Shown here: one piece after another, positions 9,913-20,653 of the stretch
Numbering within the stretch: the stretch's first letter is position 1
How the letters are laid out: the number at the start of each line of letters is the position of its first letter
NCBI RefSeq assembly: GCF_964188315.1
Contig: NC_135667.1
Span: 9,424,001-9,488,000, forward strand
DNA length: 64,000 nt
Source of the DNA: Podarcis muralis
Lineage: Eukaryota
Direction: 5' to 3'
The notes under the pieces: model-generated
Told to the model about the DNA's origin: nothing
Seen by the model: the letters and a program-made list of their open reading frames with translations, nothing else
The model's database searches: none
Program-made: the position numbers and the translations under genes

Positions 9913-12876
9913 ACCGTAGTTATAAAATAACCCCTTATGCCATTAGGCGATAATTAAGTGCAATAGGCAGGCAGGTCCGTCTATGACATGCTCTCCTTTT
10001 TGCATCTTGGTCTTCTAGTATTGGCAATCTCACATAGGATGCAAGTTACGAATTAGGGAACTTATAGAGTCAGAAACACTTTTCTGCCAACATGTTAGAA
10101 ATAGGAGTGCTGATGCTCCTGCTGACTCCCCTTGTGTCTCAAGAAGAAACTATGAAATGTCACACTGGTGATCCCCTCCCTGTTCCACATGAATGGTACC
10201 ATCTAGGTTGCCTCCTCATTGGTGGAATGGCTTCTCATATCTCTTATATAGTCTACCAGGTTACTTTTGAGGAACACCCTTCTCAGAACCTGTTTGACTT
10301 TCCACGGTAAGGATTCCTCACTCCATCTGCATTTTCTAAACTGTATACCTTATAATTATTAAGAGATATGTGAATACTCTCCTTCCAGATATGAATGCCT
10401 TTTCTGTTTGAAAATGAGCGCACACACAAAAAATAAAATCTCAAAAAGGGAAGATATAAAAGCACTGACTAATGTCACTGGGGATGGGATGGTGGTAATG
10501 GAAACTATAGTCTTTTTCAGCTCCATTACAATTGCCTTTTTGGGGAACCAAAAGTTATATTTTTTCTTCTTGGTGAACTCTTAAGTACCTATCTTGTACA
10601 TCTCCATGCACACACAGGGACACACATTCACACATTCACTTAATGATAAAGGAATGCAAATATTTGATTTAGCATGGGCTTAGATGGTATAATGGACAAT
10701 ATATGGACAATCTAAATGCAATCTAAATGCAACAGAATAGTAAACTTTGCACTGTTCATAGCTTGGTATGCTTAAAACTTTGTTTAAGAAGATGCTATGC
10801 ATAAATTGTGGTGCATCAGGGAAAAAAAGAAACGGTAAATGCAAAATGACTCAGTTGCATTTAGAAATTTCTGGGTTTGTAGCATAATGAATTTGTGCAT
10901 AATGGACACATCTTCTGAGATATTAAAATAAGGTCTCCTGGCAGTGTCATAACCAAGTTCTACCAGCACAGCCTGGCTTTGGCATTTGCGGTAAACGAGA
11001 TCAACGAGAATGTCAATATCCTGCCCAATGTCACCCTTGGTTTCCACATCTCCGACAGCTATGACAGTGCAAGGATGACCTATCGGACGACACTGGACCT
11101 GATTTTCAAGTCACATACATTTCTTCCCAACTACAAATGTGGCAAACAGAAAACCCTTCTTGGCATTATTGGAGGACTTGGCTCTGACACCTCTTTCCTT
11201 ATGATGGACATCATTGGCCTCTACAAAATTCCACAGGTAATATCTGTGCATGTGGATGTTGGAAAATTATTTATTGCTCAGCTATGAAGTTCCAAAGAAG
11301 GGAGTAATATTGATGACAAGTAGTAAAATCTTAGGAAGATTGTAATGTCCCTATCACTCAAGAAATACTTCAGAAATATTTGTTGCATGAATCCACTCCC
11401 AGCCACACCCTTCTGAAATAAATAGATTGGTATTAATGAATCTCTCTGGTCTCTGCACATTTTCTTATAGCTGAAAACCTTCAGTATATGGGTATTATAT
11501 GGTTACTTCAGCATTTTAGCTGGACCTGGGTTGGGCTCTTTGTTGTGGATGATAACAGTGGAGAACAATTCCTCAGAATACTGGAGCCATTGTTTTCCAG
11601 GCATGGAATCTGTTCAGCCTTCATAAAAAGAATACCACAAGATGCTCGTATGGAGGAATTCATCAATAATTTTAATGATGCAAGTCCAATTGATGTATCT
11701 TTCCAAGAACGTAAAGCTGGTACAATTATCGTGTATGGAGAATCTTTAACAATTTTGTGGCTGAGAACTTTTATATGTTCACAGGATTCAGGAAATATGC
11801 AAAACACATTCTTTTGGAAAGTGTGGATTATGACAATGCAGATGGATTTTATATTAACGGGTGCTGCCAGAAGATGGGGTTTTCAGATGTTCCAGGGTGC
11901 CATTTCTTTCACAATTCACACAAAAGAAGTACCAGGTTTCAGAGAATTTCTTCAAATCATTAAGCCAAATTGGACTCAAGGAGAAGGGTTTCTCAAAGAT
12001 TTCTGGGAACAAGCCTTTGACTGTTTCTTTCCAGATCCAGGGGTGCCTATAATGGATGATGACAGCTGTACTGGAGAGGAGAGTCTGGAAAGTCTCCCTG
12101 CTGGACTTTTTGAAATGCACATGAGTGGCCACAGCTACAGCATTTATATTGCTGTCTATGCTTTGGCTCATGCTTTGCATGCCATGTACTCATCTAGGTC
12201 CAAGCACAGGCAAATGCTGGTTGGTAACAATGTTGAATTTCAGAATCTTCAGCCTTGGCAGGTAATGTCTTACCAGAAAGTATTTCAATATACTGTGTAG
12301 TATAATGTGAAGCTACATTCAGGTTTTTACTTAAATCTTTAATGGAAATATCCATGAATCCCACCCCCCTATCTTTTTCAATTAGCTCCATTCATTCCTT
12401 CGAGGCATTTCATTTAACAACTCAGCTGGAGAAACTGTTTCCTTTAATGATAAACGGGAAATGAGAGGTGGATTTGACATCATGAACCTGGTCATCTTGC
12501 CAAATAACTCATTCCAGAAAGTGAAAGTTGGGAGGGTTGATCCCAGTGCCCAGGAAGGAAAACCATTCACCGTCGATGAAGATACAATTGTATGGCCTAG
12601 AGCATTTAATGAGGCATGGATTCTGTTCATTCTTAATTTGAAAACTGTGTCAAATTTTCTATGCATTGTTTATTAGCTCTGAGGTTTACATCACTTTGCT
12701 TCTTCATGTCTGTGATCCTGAAGTAACAGATTAACTCTGTCACTCTGATTGCAAAGAGTCTGTTGCTAGGAGTGGTTCACAGAACCTTTTACAATTAACT
12801 GTGTTGGAGATAGGTAAGGTGGTGATTAAGCTGGTTGCTGAATTCCTTGTGCCTCTGATATATCCTTCCAGCAATA

Positions 12877-13047
12877 CAATGGTACCTCGGTTTAAGTACT
12901 TAATTCGTTCCGGAGGTCCGTTCTTAACCTGAAACTGTTCTTAACCTGAAGCACCACTTTAGCTAATGCAAAATTCTTAACCCGAGGTACCATTCCTGGG
13001 TTAGCGGAGTCTATAACCTGAAGCGCATGTAACCTGAGGTACCACTG
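12877..13047. mobile_element. Tigger-like MITE, same family as 5872, opposite orientation, internally deleted
   Basis: CAATGGTACCTCGG..GAGGTACCACTG with TA flanks. Confidence 0.85.
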
Positions 13048-13213
13048 TACCCACTTTCTCAGATTTTGACATGGATGCTGGAAAGAATGAAAGCTTCAAA
13101 CTTTATTTCATTCATTCTGATTTACTTACTCTGCCCTCCATTTTTGGAATATCTTACAACCAACACTCTTTAAGCACAACATAGGAGATTTTATCTAATT
13201 CAGATATTATAGC

Positions 13214-13363
13214 CAGTGCTTTTTTCTGGGGGGACACAGGGTTATGCATACCCCTAAACATTTTGTGAATCTAAGTTTGGCCTCATTGAGGGACAGTATT
13301 TCAAAATGAGTAGGAAAATGAGAGTACCCCTAACCATTTTTTTAAAGGAAAAAAGGACTACTG
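13214..13363. mobile_element. Probable hAT-type MITE
   Basis: CAGTGCTTTTTT..AAAAGGACTACTG imperfect TIRs; no clean TSD seen. Confidence 0.45.
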
Positions 13364-16300
13364 ATAGACGTTTGATGATTTTCTACAAAATGTAATGTGG
13401 AGAAGCTATAGTCTGCTTTAAGAGAAAAGGGGAAGCAAATTTCATCGCTATCAGTCTGAAATGGGCACATCCACTGTTATAATTGTCCAGGAAGGTTTAA
13501 AATCAAATAATTTATTCTGCAAATACATAAACTTACCTATTGTAACTATTGATATTAGGCTATATCAGCAATTAAAGAATCTTGTTTTGAATATTATTTA
13601 TTTATTTCAAGAGTTTATATGCCACTTAAATAAACAAGGTCAGTTAAAGTTAACCAAAAGCTTTTTCATACTGATTTCCCTCCCTGTGTTTGGACAGGTG
13701 CTCCCTCTTTCGGTGTGTAATGAACAATGCCATCCTGGTTATCAGAAGAAAATGAAGGAAGGGGAAAAGTTTTGTTGCTATGATTGTGTCCCATGCTTAA
13801 ATGGAAAGATATCAAACCAGATTGGTGCGTGGTGTAATTTTGCCATCACATAGGTTTTTTTTTTTTTTTTTTTTACTTTGTTGTGTCACATTAATTCACA
13901 CCGAGTTTAGAGCTTTTTCTGTTTTTCAGATATGGACAACTGTTTCAAATGCCCAGAAGACCAGTATGCAAACAAAAATAAAAATGGTTGCATCCCTAAA
14001 GTTATAACCTTTTTATCATATGAAGAACCTCTAGGGCTCACTTTGGCCTCAACTGCAGTTTCTTTTTCACTGACCACAGCCCTGGTGCTAGGAATGTTTA
14101 TTAAGCACAGAGATACCCCAATAGTCAAAGCCAACAACAGGGACCTCTCCTACACTCTCCTCGTCTCCCTCCTGCTCTGTTTTCTTTCTTCTTTGTTATT
14201 CCTTGGCCATCCTGGGAAAGTGATCTGCCTCCTTCAACAAGCAGCTTTTGGCATCATCTTCTCAGTGGCTGTTTCTTGTGTGCTGGCCAAAACCACCATA
14301 GTTTCTCTCGCATTCATGGCTACAAAACCAGGATCTAGAATGAAGAAATGGGTGGGGAGGAAAGTGTCCTGTTCAATTGTAATTTGTTGCTCACTTGTTC
14401 AAATAGGTATTTGTACTGTGTGGCTGGCAACTTTTCCCCCATTCCCCGATTTAGACATGCATTCGGTAAATGAAGAAATCATTGTACAGTGTAATGAAGG
14501 GTCAGCCTTCATGTTCTACTGTGTCCTGGGCTACATGGGTCTTCTTGCCATCATCAGCTTCATTGTGGCATTCCTTGCCCGCAAGTTACCCGACACTTTT
14601 AATGAAGCCAAATTCATCACTTTCAGCATGCTGGCATTTTGCAGTGTTTGGCTGTCATTTATTCCGACTTACCTGAGCACCAGAGGGAAAGGCATGGTGG
14701 CTGTGGAGATCTTCTCCATCTTGGCCTCCACTTCTGGGTTACTGGGCTGTATCTTTTACCCGAAATGCTACATCATTGTTTTGCGACCAGAACTGAATAG
14801 CAGGGAAAAACTAATAAGGAGAAAGTATTAAGGAATCTTATATTTTCATTCTATCCTATAGCTATGCATATTGGAAAAGAGCCTTAGGAGCAGTTCAGAA
14901 TATTGGTAGATATTCAATTATATTGATGCATCTTGGAAAAGCTTCTGTTCATGGTCAGATTTTGCCTTAGTATATTCTGCAAAATGCTTCATTCAAGGAA
15001 CATTTTCATAAGGAGTAGTTTGGGTAGAGTTCTTGTGCTTTTTGTGATTCTGTCAATTTTCAACAATATTGCTTGTCAGTTGTGATGAAGCTTGAGTACT
15101 CCAAATGTTATTCAACTCCAGCCCCATTACCTCTAGTCAAGGATGAGGGATGATGGGAGTTGCATTCAATTAGCATTTCTAGGAAACCACATGTCTGAAG
15201 CTTGTTTAGCTCTGTACATACCTTGGCTTTGAGGAGGGGAGTATCCTTATATTGCCCCCGCCCATGTTGTAATAAACACTTGGTAGGACTAGATGGCATC
15301 TTACATATTTTCCAAATGTATAGGGAAAGGGGGCAAAGTGATGTTTTGTTCAAGTCCTGTGTGTGGATTTCACACATGGATCTGGTAGGCTAATGTGGAA
15401 AAGGGACTCTGAACAAGATGTGCCACTGGTCTGATTCAGTGAGGCTCTTATCATGTTCGCATGGCATGCTTCTAATAAATGAAATTGAATGGAATTTAGC
15501 ATATGACTACTACAGGAATGAGGAGACAGCTACACAGTAGGGTTCTGCAAGAATCCCCAAATCAGATTTGTGGGTCTGATTTGTAGATCCACATTGGAAG
15601 AGTGATCGAAGGACTCGTGCTGTGAATGCTTTTTGCCTTAGTTGTCAAAATGACTTTTGTTTGGTTGTTTAACATTTACACATTTATTGAAATTAGATAC
15701 ATGAATTGCTTTGCAATATGCATCATTTACATATTCATTTATGTAAAATTCCCACTGAGAACAAGCAAACAATGGATTGCATCACTCACTATTGTTCTTT
15801 TCACATGAAAAGAGCTTATCTCTTTGGCTACCTATGGCCTTTATCGGTGCTCCTCTGTGAAAGTTGGAGCCTCTTGGCCAAAGTGGGCAGAACCATCTGG
15901 ATTTGAGTGCTCATTATTGACCATTCATCCATTCCCTCAAATCTTTGTTTGAAAAGTAAAATTAAATTTAAAATTTCTTTTCTCCACCCTGATCAACTTT
16001 CTCTCTCTGATGTCTGAGTGAGGGAAAGATGACAAGAAATCAATGCTGTGATATAGGTTGCAATTCCAATCTCACTTATGTGGTAATGAGCCCCAATGAA
16101 TTAATGAGATTTATATCTGAGTAGATATGTTTATGTTTGTAGTCCTAGATGCCTTTGTTAAGGACCACTAGCCATGTTGTTTAACCTTAGATACAAGGTG
16201 CCTCAAGATACTCTGCTGTTTTTGCTGCTGAAGAGTAACAGAGCTACCCCACTGGAAATTCAATAATTTTGAAAAGGAAAATAGAAAGGAGGTAATTGAT

Positions 16301-17340
16301 TTGTAAATAAAGCATATGTTGAGGGATAAGATTTGTGTGTCTGTTGTGATATGCATCAGTAGAATATAAAAAGGAAGATAGACTTTTACAAAATACACCA
16401 ACTGTGTAGAAACACAAAATAACAAATACAAGTTATTACAGTTATTTTTACAGCAGCGCTCACAACCAATGCGAGTTCAATGAAAGTCTATGTTTGGCAA
16501 TCCACACAGAAGACCACTTACGGCATATGGAGCATAGATTGTTCATCTACCTGAAGTATGCCAGCCTGTGACTGGTGAAAAGTTCAAAGGAAGAACATAT
16601 CTTTTTAATTAGGGTTACCATATTCCCCAAAGTGAGAATCCAGTCAACACCCCTTTGCCGTTCATCTGTGTTTTCCTGACGGACAGCCCTATTTTTAATA
16701 GACGAGGTACAGGGTTCAATCCCTGATATTTTCATGTTTAGTATTAACTAAAATTTAGCAACATTGACTCTACTGAGCTTCCAGTGCTTTAGGAACTGGG
16801 GCTTTATAGAATTCCTCAGGCCTCAGGTAAGGGGGAAAACTGTGACATATATAGTGCTAGTGAACTGTTGATTTATAAACTCAATTCATTCAGGGAGATC
16901 TGGTGCTATGGTGTCCAAAACACTGTTCATTATGATTGGGGCTAGAGCTAAGCCAATGACTCAGGTTACACTATTTATCCTAATATCACAACATTGTAGA
17001 GTTGGAAAGTTTAGTCAGAATCTCTCTCTCTCGGTATATGGAAACATGGGTGTAGCCAGAGATTTGTTGTTGAGGTTTTTTTTTTTAGAAAATCAAGTTG
17101 CTGAGTTGTTGTTTTTTTAAAAAGGAAATCATCATGGTACATGCCTCCCAGCCATTGCTGGGAGCAATGCCATTGCCATACCTAATTCTGGTTTCTTTTC
17201 CTTTTTAATAGTGCTTGTCATTACTGTAAGAAACAGTTATAGCACAGCTCTCAGTGTTCACAGTGGCAGCCAACATTTCCAAGCCCCTTTTGGAGTTTGA
17301 AATTTGGAACTGTGGTCCCAAGGCCCATCTCATTAGGAAG

Positions 17341-17535
17341 AAGAGAAGACTTCTGGCCAACTGTGTAAAAGAGCCAAGATGTTTCCTTTCAAAAGTGCCA
17401 TTCAGAATCTACACTCTGAAGAAGTAATTATCTCTTCCTACAATTAGCCAAAGCACTGTAATGTGTTCACCTGTCTAAAGCTCTCAAGGCTCTGCAGAAT
17501 GCAGAAGAAAACAGTCACTATGGGGGCCTGAAAGT
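17341..17535 (+). promoter_or_regulatory. Conserved V2R upstream module, exon 1a
   Basis: TAATTA at 17425, CAATTA at 17441, CTGAAAGT at 17528. Confidence 0.5.
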
Positions 17536-17762
17536 GATTATACAGAACTGCCTGTAGCATGGGCAGCTGGGAATAAGTACATGAGGTAAACATGGCCATC
17601 TCTGACACTTCCCCCTTTTCTTTTTATAAGCCACATTGAAAATGGAAAGCTGCTGATATCAGATAGTACTCAAGTCATTTGTCACACTCTTAATGAAACT
17701 TCTAGGGCTAATTTGGCAGAGTCAGGGACCATTCCATCTAAACCACCAAAACAAGGTGATGG

Positions 17763-18019
17763 ATGCAAGAGAATTTGTGTATACAAAGAACTTTTGCTGC
17801 CAACATGTTGAGAATGACAATGCTGCTACTTCTTCTGCCTCCCATTGTCTGCCAAGTAGATATTATGGGATGTCTTGGAGATGATCCTCTCCCTGTTCCA
17901 CATGATTTGTACCAGTCAGGTGATCTCCTCATTGGTGGGATTGCTTCTCAGATCTCTTACTTTTTCAACAAAGTCTCTTTCAAGGAACATCCGTCTCAGA
18001 AAATGTTTGACGTTCCAAG
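17763..18019 (+). CDS. Extra V2R exon 1 (exon 1a), candidate alternative or original first exon of gene C
   Basis: Open from ATG 17763 (second ATG 17805): [44 protein letters not shown]. Intact phase-2 donor AG|GTAAG at 18020. No separate exon 2 before 22080. Confidence 0.8.
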
Positions 18020-19067
18020 GTAAGAATCCCCATTTGCAATTCCTGAATGTGTTATATTTTAGTTGTTAAAAGTAAATACTGTTTCTGCCATTCCAAGAAC
18101 AAGAACTTACTTTTATAATGGAAACCAGGAATGGGGGCAACTTCAATGGTTGCATTTAATCTGCTTATTTTGTACACCTCTAGATGGCTTAAAATTTTAT
18201 GCAGGTTGTGTACCTATGGTACAAAACAGCAAGAGTACATCAAAGCTTCAGAAATCACATTATGAGGAAAGGTATTTTCAAAGTCTGAAAGAAGTATAAA
18301 GGATTATTGGAACAAAAGCACCATGTGGCTCTTTCCACTAGAGGCAATTTCAGGGAAGAAATTAAATATGGAAACTGAATGGGCTATGTATAGAGAATTG
18401 GTAATTGAATTAGAAAACCAATTAAAGTTGAAAGAATTTAACCAAGTTAGAGAGAAAGTTGCAGATTGGTTACAATACTTTCAATTAAATGAGATATTTA
18501 AGAATGATAAAAGATAGGATTTCATTATAAAATTTCAACCTTTCAGAAAGAAGTAATAGAAAATGATACGAAACTAATATAGAAAATGTACCTGGAATGG
18601 GAAACAAAAGATGAAGAGGTTAAATCAGTCATGATTAAATGGGCACAAGATGTGGGACACAATATTCAGAAGGAGGAATGGGAAAAACTGTGGAAGAATG
18701 AGATAATATTTACAGCATGTGTGGCGCTTAAAGAAAATTATATGAAAATGATGTATAGATGGTATTTAACTCCTGTTAAATTAGCAAAATGTATAAAACA
18801 ATAGAAGGGACATTTTTTCATATGTGGTGGGACTGTAAAATTGTTTAAAAAATACTGGGGAATGATTTATAATGAAATGAAGGTTTTTCAAAATAACCTT
18901 TGCTAAAACAAACAAACAAACAAAAAAACCAGAAGCTTTCCTACTAGGTATTACAGGAGTGGACATACCAAGATCACAAAAGAATTTGTTTATATATGCA
19001 ACTATGGCCGCACGGACATTATTAGCACAACATTGGAACGAAGAATGTGTCCCAGTTGAAAAAGATT

Positions 19068-19437
19068 GGCGGCAGCGGGAGGCCCCATTAGCTAAAGTGG
19101 TACCTCAGGTCAAGAACAGTTTCAGGTTAAGAACGGACCTTCAGAACAAATTACCATATTTTTTGCTCCATAAGACTCACTTTTTCCCTCCTAAAAAGTA
19201 AGGGGAAATGTGTACACGTCTTATGGAGCGAATGCAGGCTGCGCAGCTATCCCAGAAGCCAGAACAGCAAGAAGGATCGCTGCTTTCACTGCGCAGTGAT
19301 CCCTCTTGCTGTTCTGGCTTCTGGGATTCAGATTTTTTTTTTCTTGTTTCCCTCCTCCAAAAACTAGGTGCGCCTTATGGTCTGGTGCGTCTTATAGAGT
19401 GAAAAATACGGTAAGTTCTTAACCCGAGGTACCACTG
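19068..19437. mobile_element. Right half of a Tigger-like MITE (family of 5872)
   Basis: GGCAGCGGGAGGCCCCATTAGC..GAACAAATTA[insert]AGTTCTTAACCCGAGGTACCACTG-TA, collinear with 5990-6097. Confidence 0.85.
19154..19411. mobile_element. Tc2/pogo-like MITE inserted in the TIR of the Tigger-like MITE
   Basis: TIRs CCATATTTTTTGCTCCATAAGAC / GTCTTATAGAGTGAAAAATACGG; TA duplicated (19152-19153, 19412-19413). Empty site visible at 6068-6075. Confidence 0.85.
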
Positions 19438-19659
19438 TATGCGGAAATGGCAAAATTGGCAATGAAATTAAGAGGAAGAGGCGACAATAAATTTAAGGAA
19501 GAATGGAAGGACTTATATAGTGCTAGTGAACTGTTGATTTATAAACTCAATTCATTCAGGGAGATCTGGCGCTATGGTGTCCAAAACACTGTTCATTAGG
19601 ATTGGGGCTAGAGCTAAGCCAATGACTCAGGTTACACTACTTATCATAATATCACAGCA

Positions 19660-19838
19660 CTGTAGAGTTGGAAAGGACCGCAGGGGTCACGTAGTCCAAC
19701 ACCTTGCTATGCAGGAAAATTTGCTAAAGCATCCATGGCAGATGTCCATCCAACCTCTGCTTAAAAACCTGCAATGAAGGAGAGTCAACCACCTTCCAAA
19801 GGCTGAGTGTCAGAAGATTCTTCCTGATGTTTAGTCAG

Positions 19839-19840
<2 letters not shown>
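19660..19840 (-). mobile_element. Old CR1 3' fragment upstream of exon 1b (homologue at ~42120-42480; mostly deleted upstream of exon 1a)
   Basis: TGTAGAGTTGGAAAGGACC..AAAGCATCCATGGCAGATGTCCATCCAACCTCTGCTTAAA is the reverse complement of a CR1 end. Confidence 0.7.
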
Positions 19841-19888
<48 letters not shown>

Positions 19889-19912
19889 CCTCCCTCTCTC
19901 TCTCTGTGTGTG
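19841..19912. repeat. (TC)n/(TCCC)n/(TG)n compound microsatellite
   Basis: Read directly. Confidence 0.95.
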
Positions 19913-20231
19913 TATATTGAAACCATTGGTTTGGTTCCTATATATGGGTGTAGTAAGGGATTTTGTTGTTGAGAGGGTTTTTTGAAAATCAAGTGGGGTT
20001 TTTTTTAAAAAAAAGGAAATCATCATGGCACATGCCTCCCAGCCATTGCTGGGAGCAATGCCATTGCAATGCCTAATCCTGGTTTCTTTTCCCTTTTAAT
20101 GGTGCTTGTCATTACTGTAAGAAATGGTTATAGCATAGCTCTCAGTTGTCACAGTGGCAGCCAACATTCCCAGGCTCCTTTTGGAGTTTGAAATTTGGAA
20201 CTGAGGTCCCAAGTCCCATCTCATTAGGAAG

Positions 20232-20426
20232 AAGAGAAGACTTCTGGCCAACTGTGTAAAAGAGCCAAGATCTTTCCTTTCAAATGTGCCATTCAGAATC
20301 TACACTCTGAAGAAGTAATTATCTCTCCCTACAATTAACCAAAATACTATAATGTGTTCACCTGTCTAAGGCTCTCAAGGCTCTGCATAATGCAGAAGAA
20401 AACAGTCACTATGGGGGCCTGAAAGT
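20232..20426 (+). promoter_or_regulatory. Conserved V2R upstream module, gene C exon 1b
   Basis: GTAATTATC, CAATTA at 20332, CTGAAAGT at 20419. Confidence 0.5.
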
Positions 20427-20653
20427 GATTATACAGAACTGTCTGTAGCATGGGCAGCTGGGAATAAGTACATGAGGTAAACATGGCCATCTCTGACATT
20501 TCCCCCTTTTCTTTTTATAAGCCACATTGAAAATGGAAAGCTGGTGATATCAGATAGTACTCAAGTCATTTGTAACACTCTTAATGCAAATTCTAGGGCT
20601 AATTTGGCAGAGTCAGGGACCATTCCATCTAAACCACTGAAAAAAGGTGATGG

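Larger units (their letters stand above)
10092..14831 (+). pseudogene. V2R gene B, probable pseudogene (73-bp deletion at exon 3 start; GC donor after exon 4)
   Basis: Exons 10092-10306, 10945-11236, 11471-12261 (791 bp versus 864 in paralogues; TAA at 11624-11626 in the shifted frame), 12386-12613 (donor GCATGG), 13698-13824, 13930-14831. Confidence 0.8.
18091..19512 (+). mobile_element. L1-clade LINE ORF2 C-terminal fragment, interrupted by nested MITEs at ~19068-19439
   Basis: Frameshifted translations KMMYRWYLTPVKLAK, GTFFHMWWDC, FLLGITG, ARTLLAQHW; after the MITE it resumes AEMAKLAMKLR..KFKEEWKD. Homologous to 46611-47440. Confidence 0.8.
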
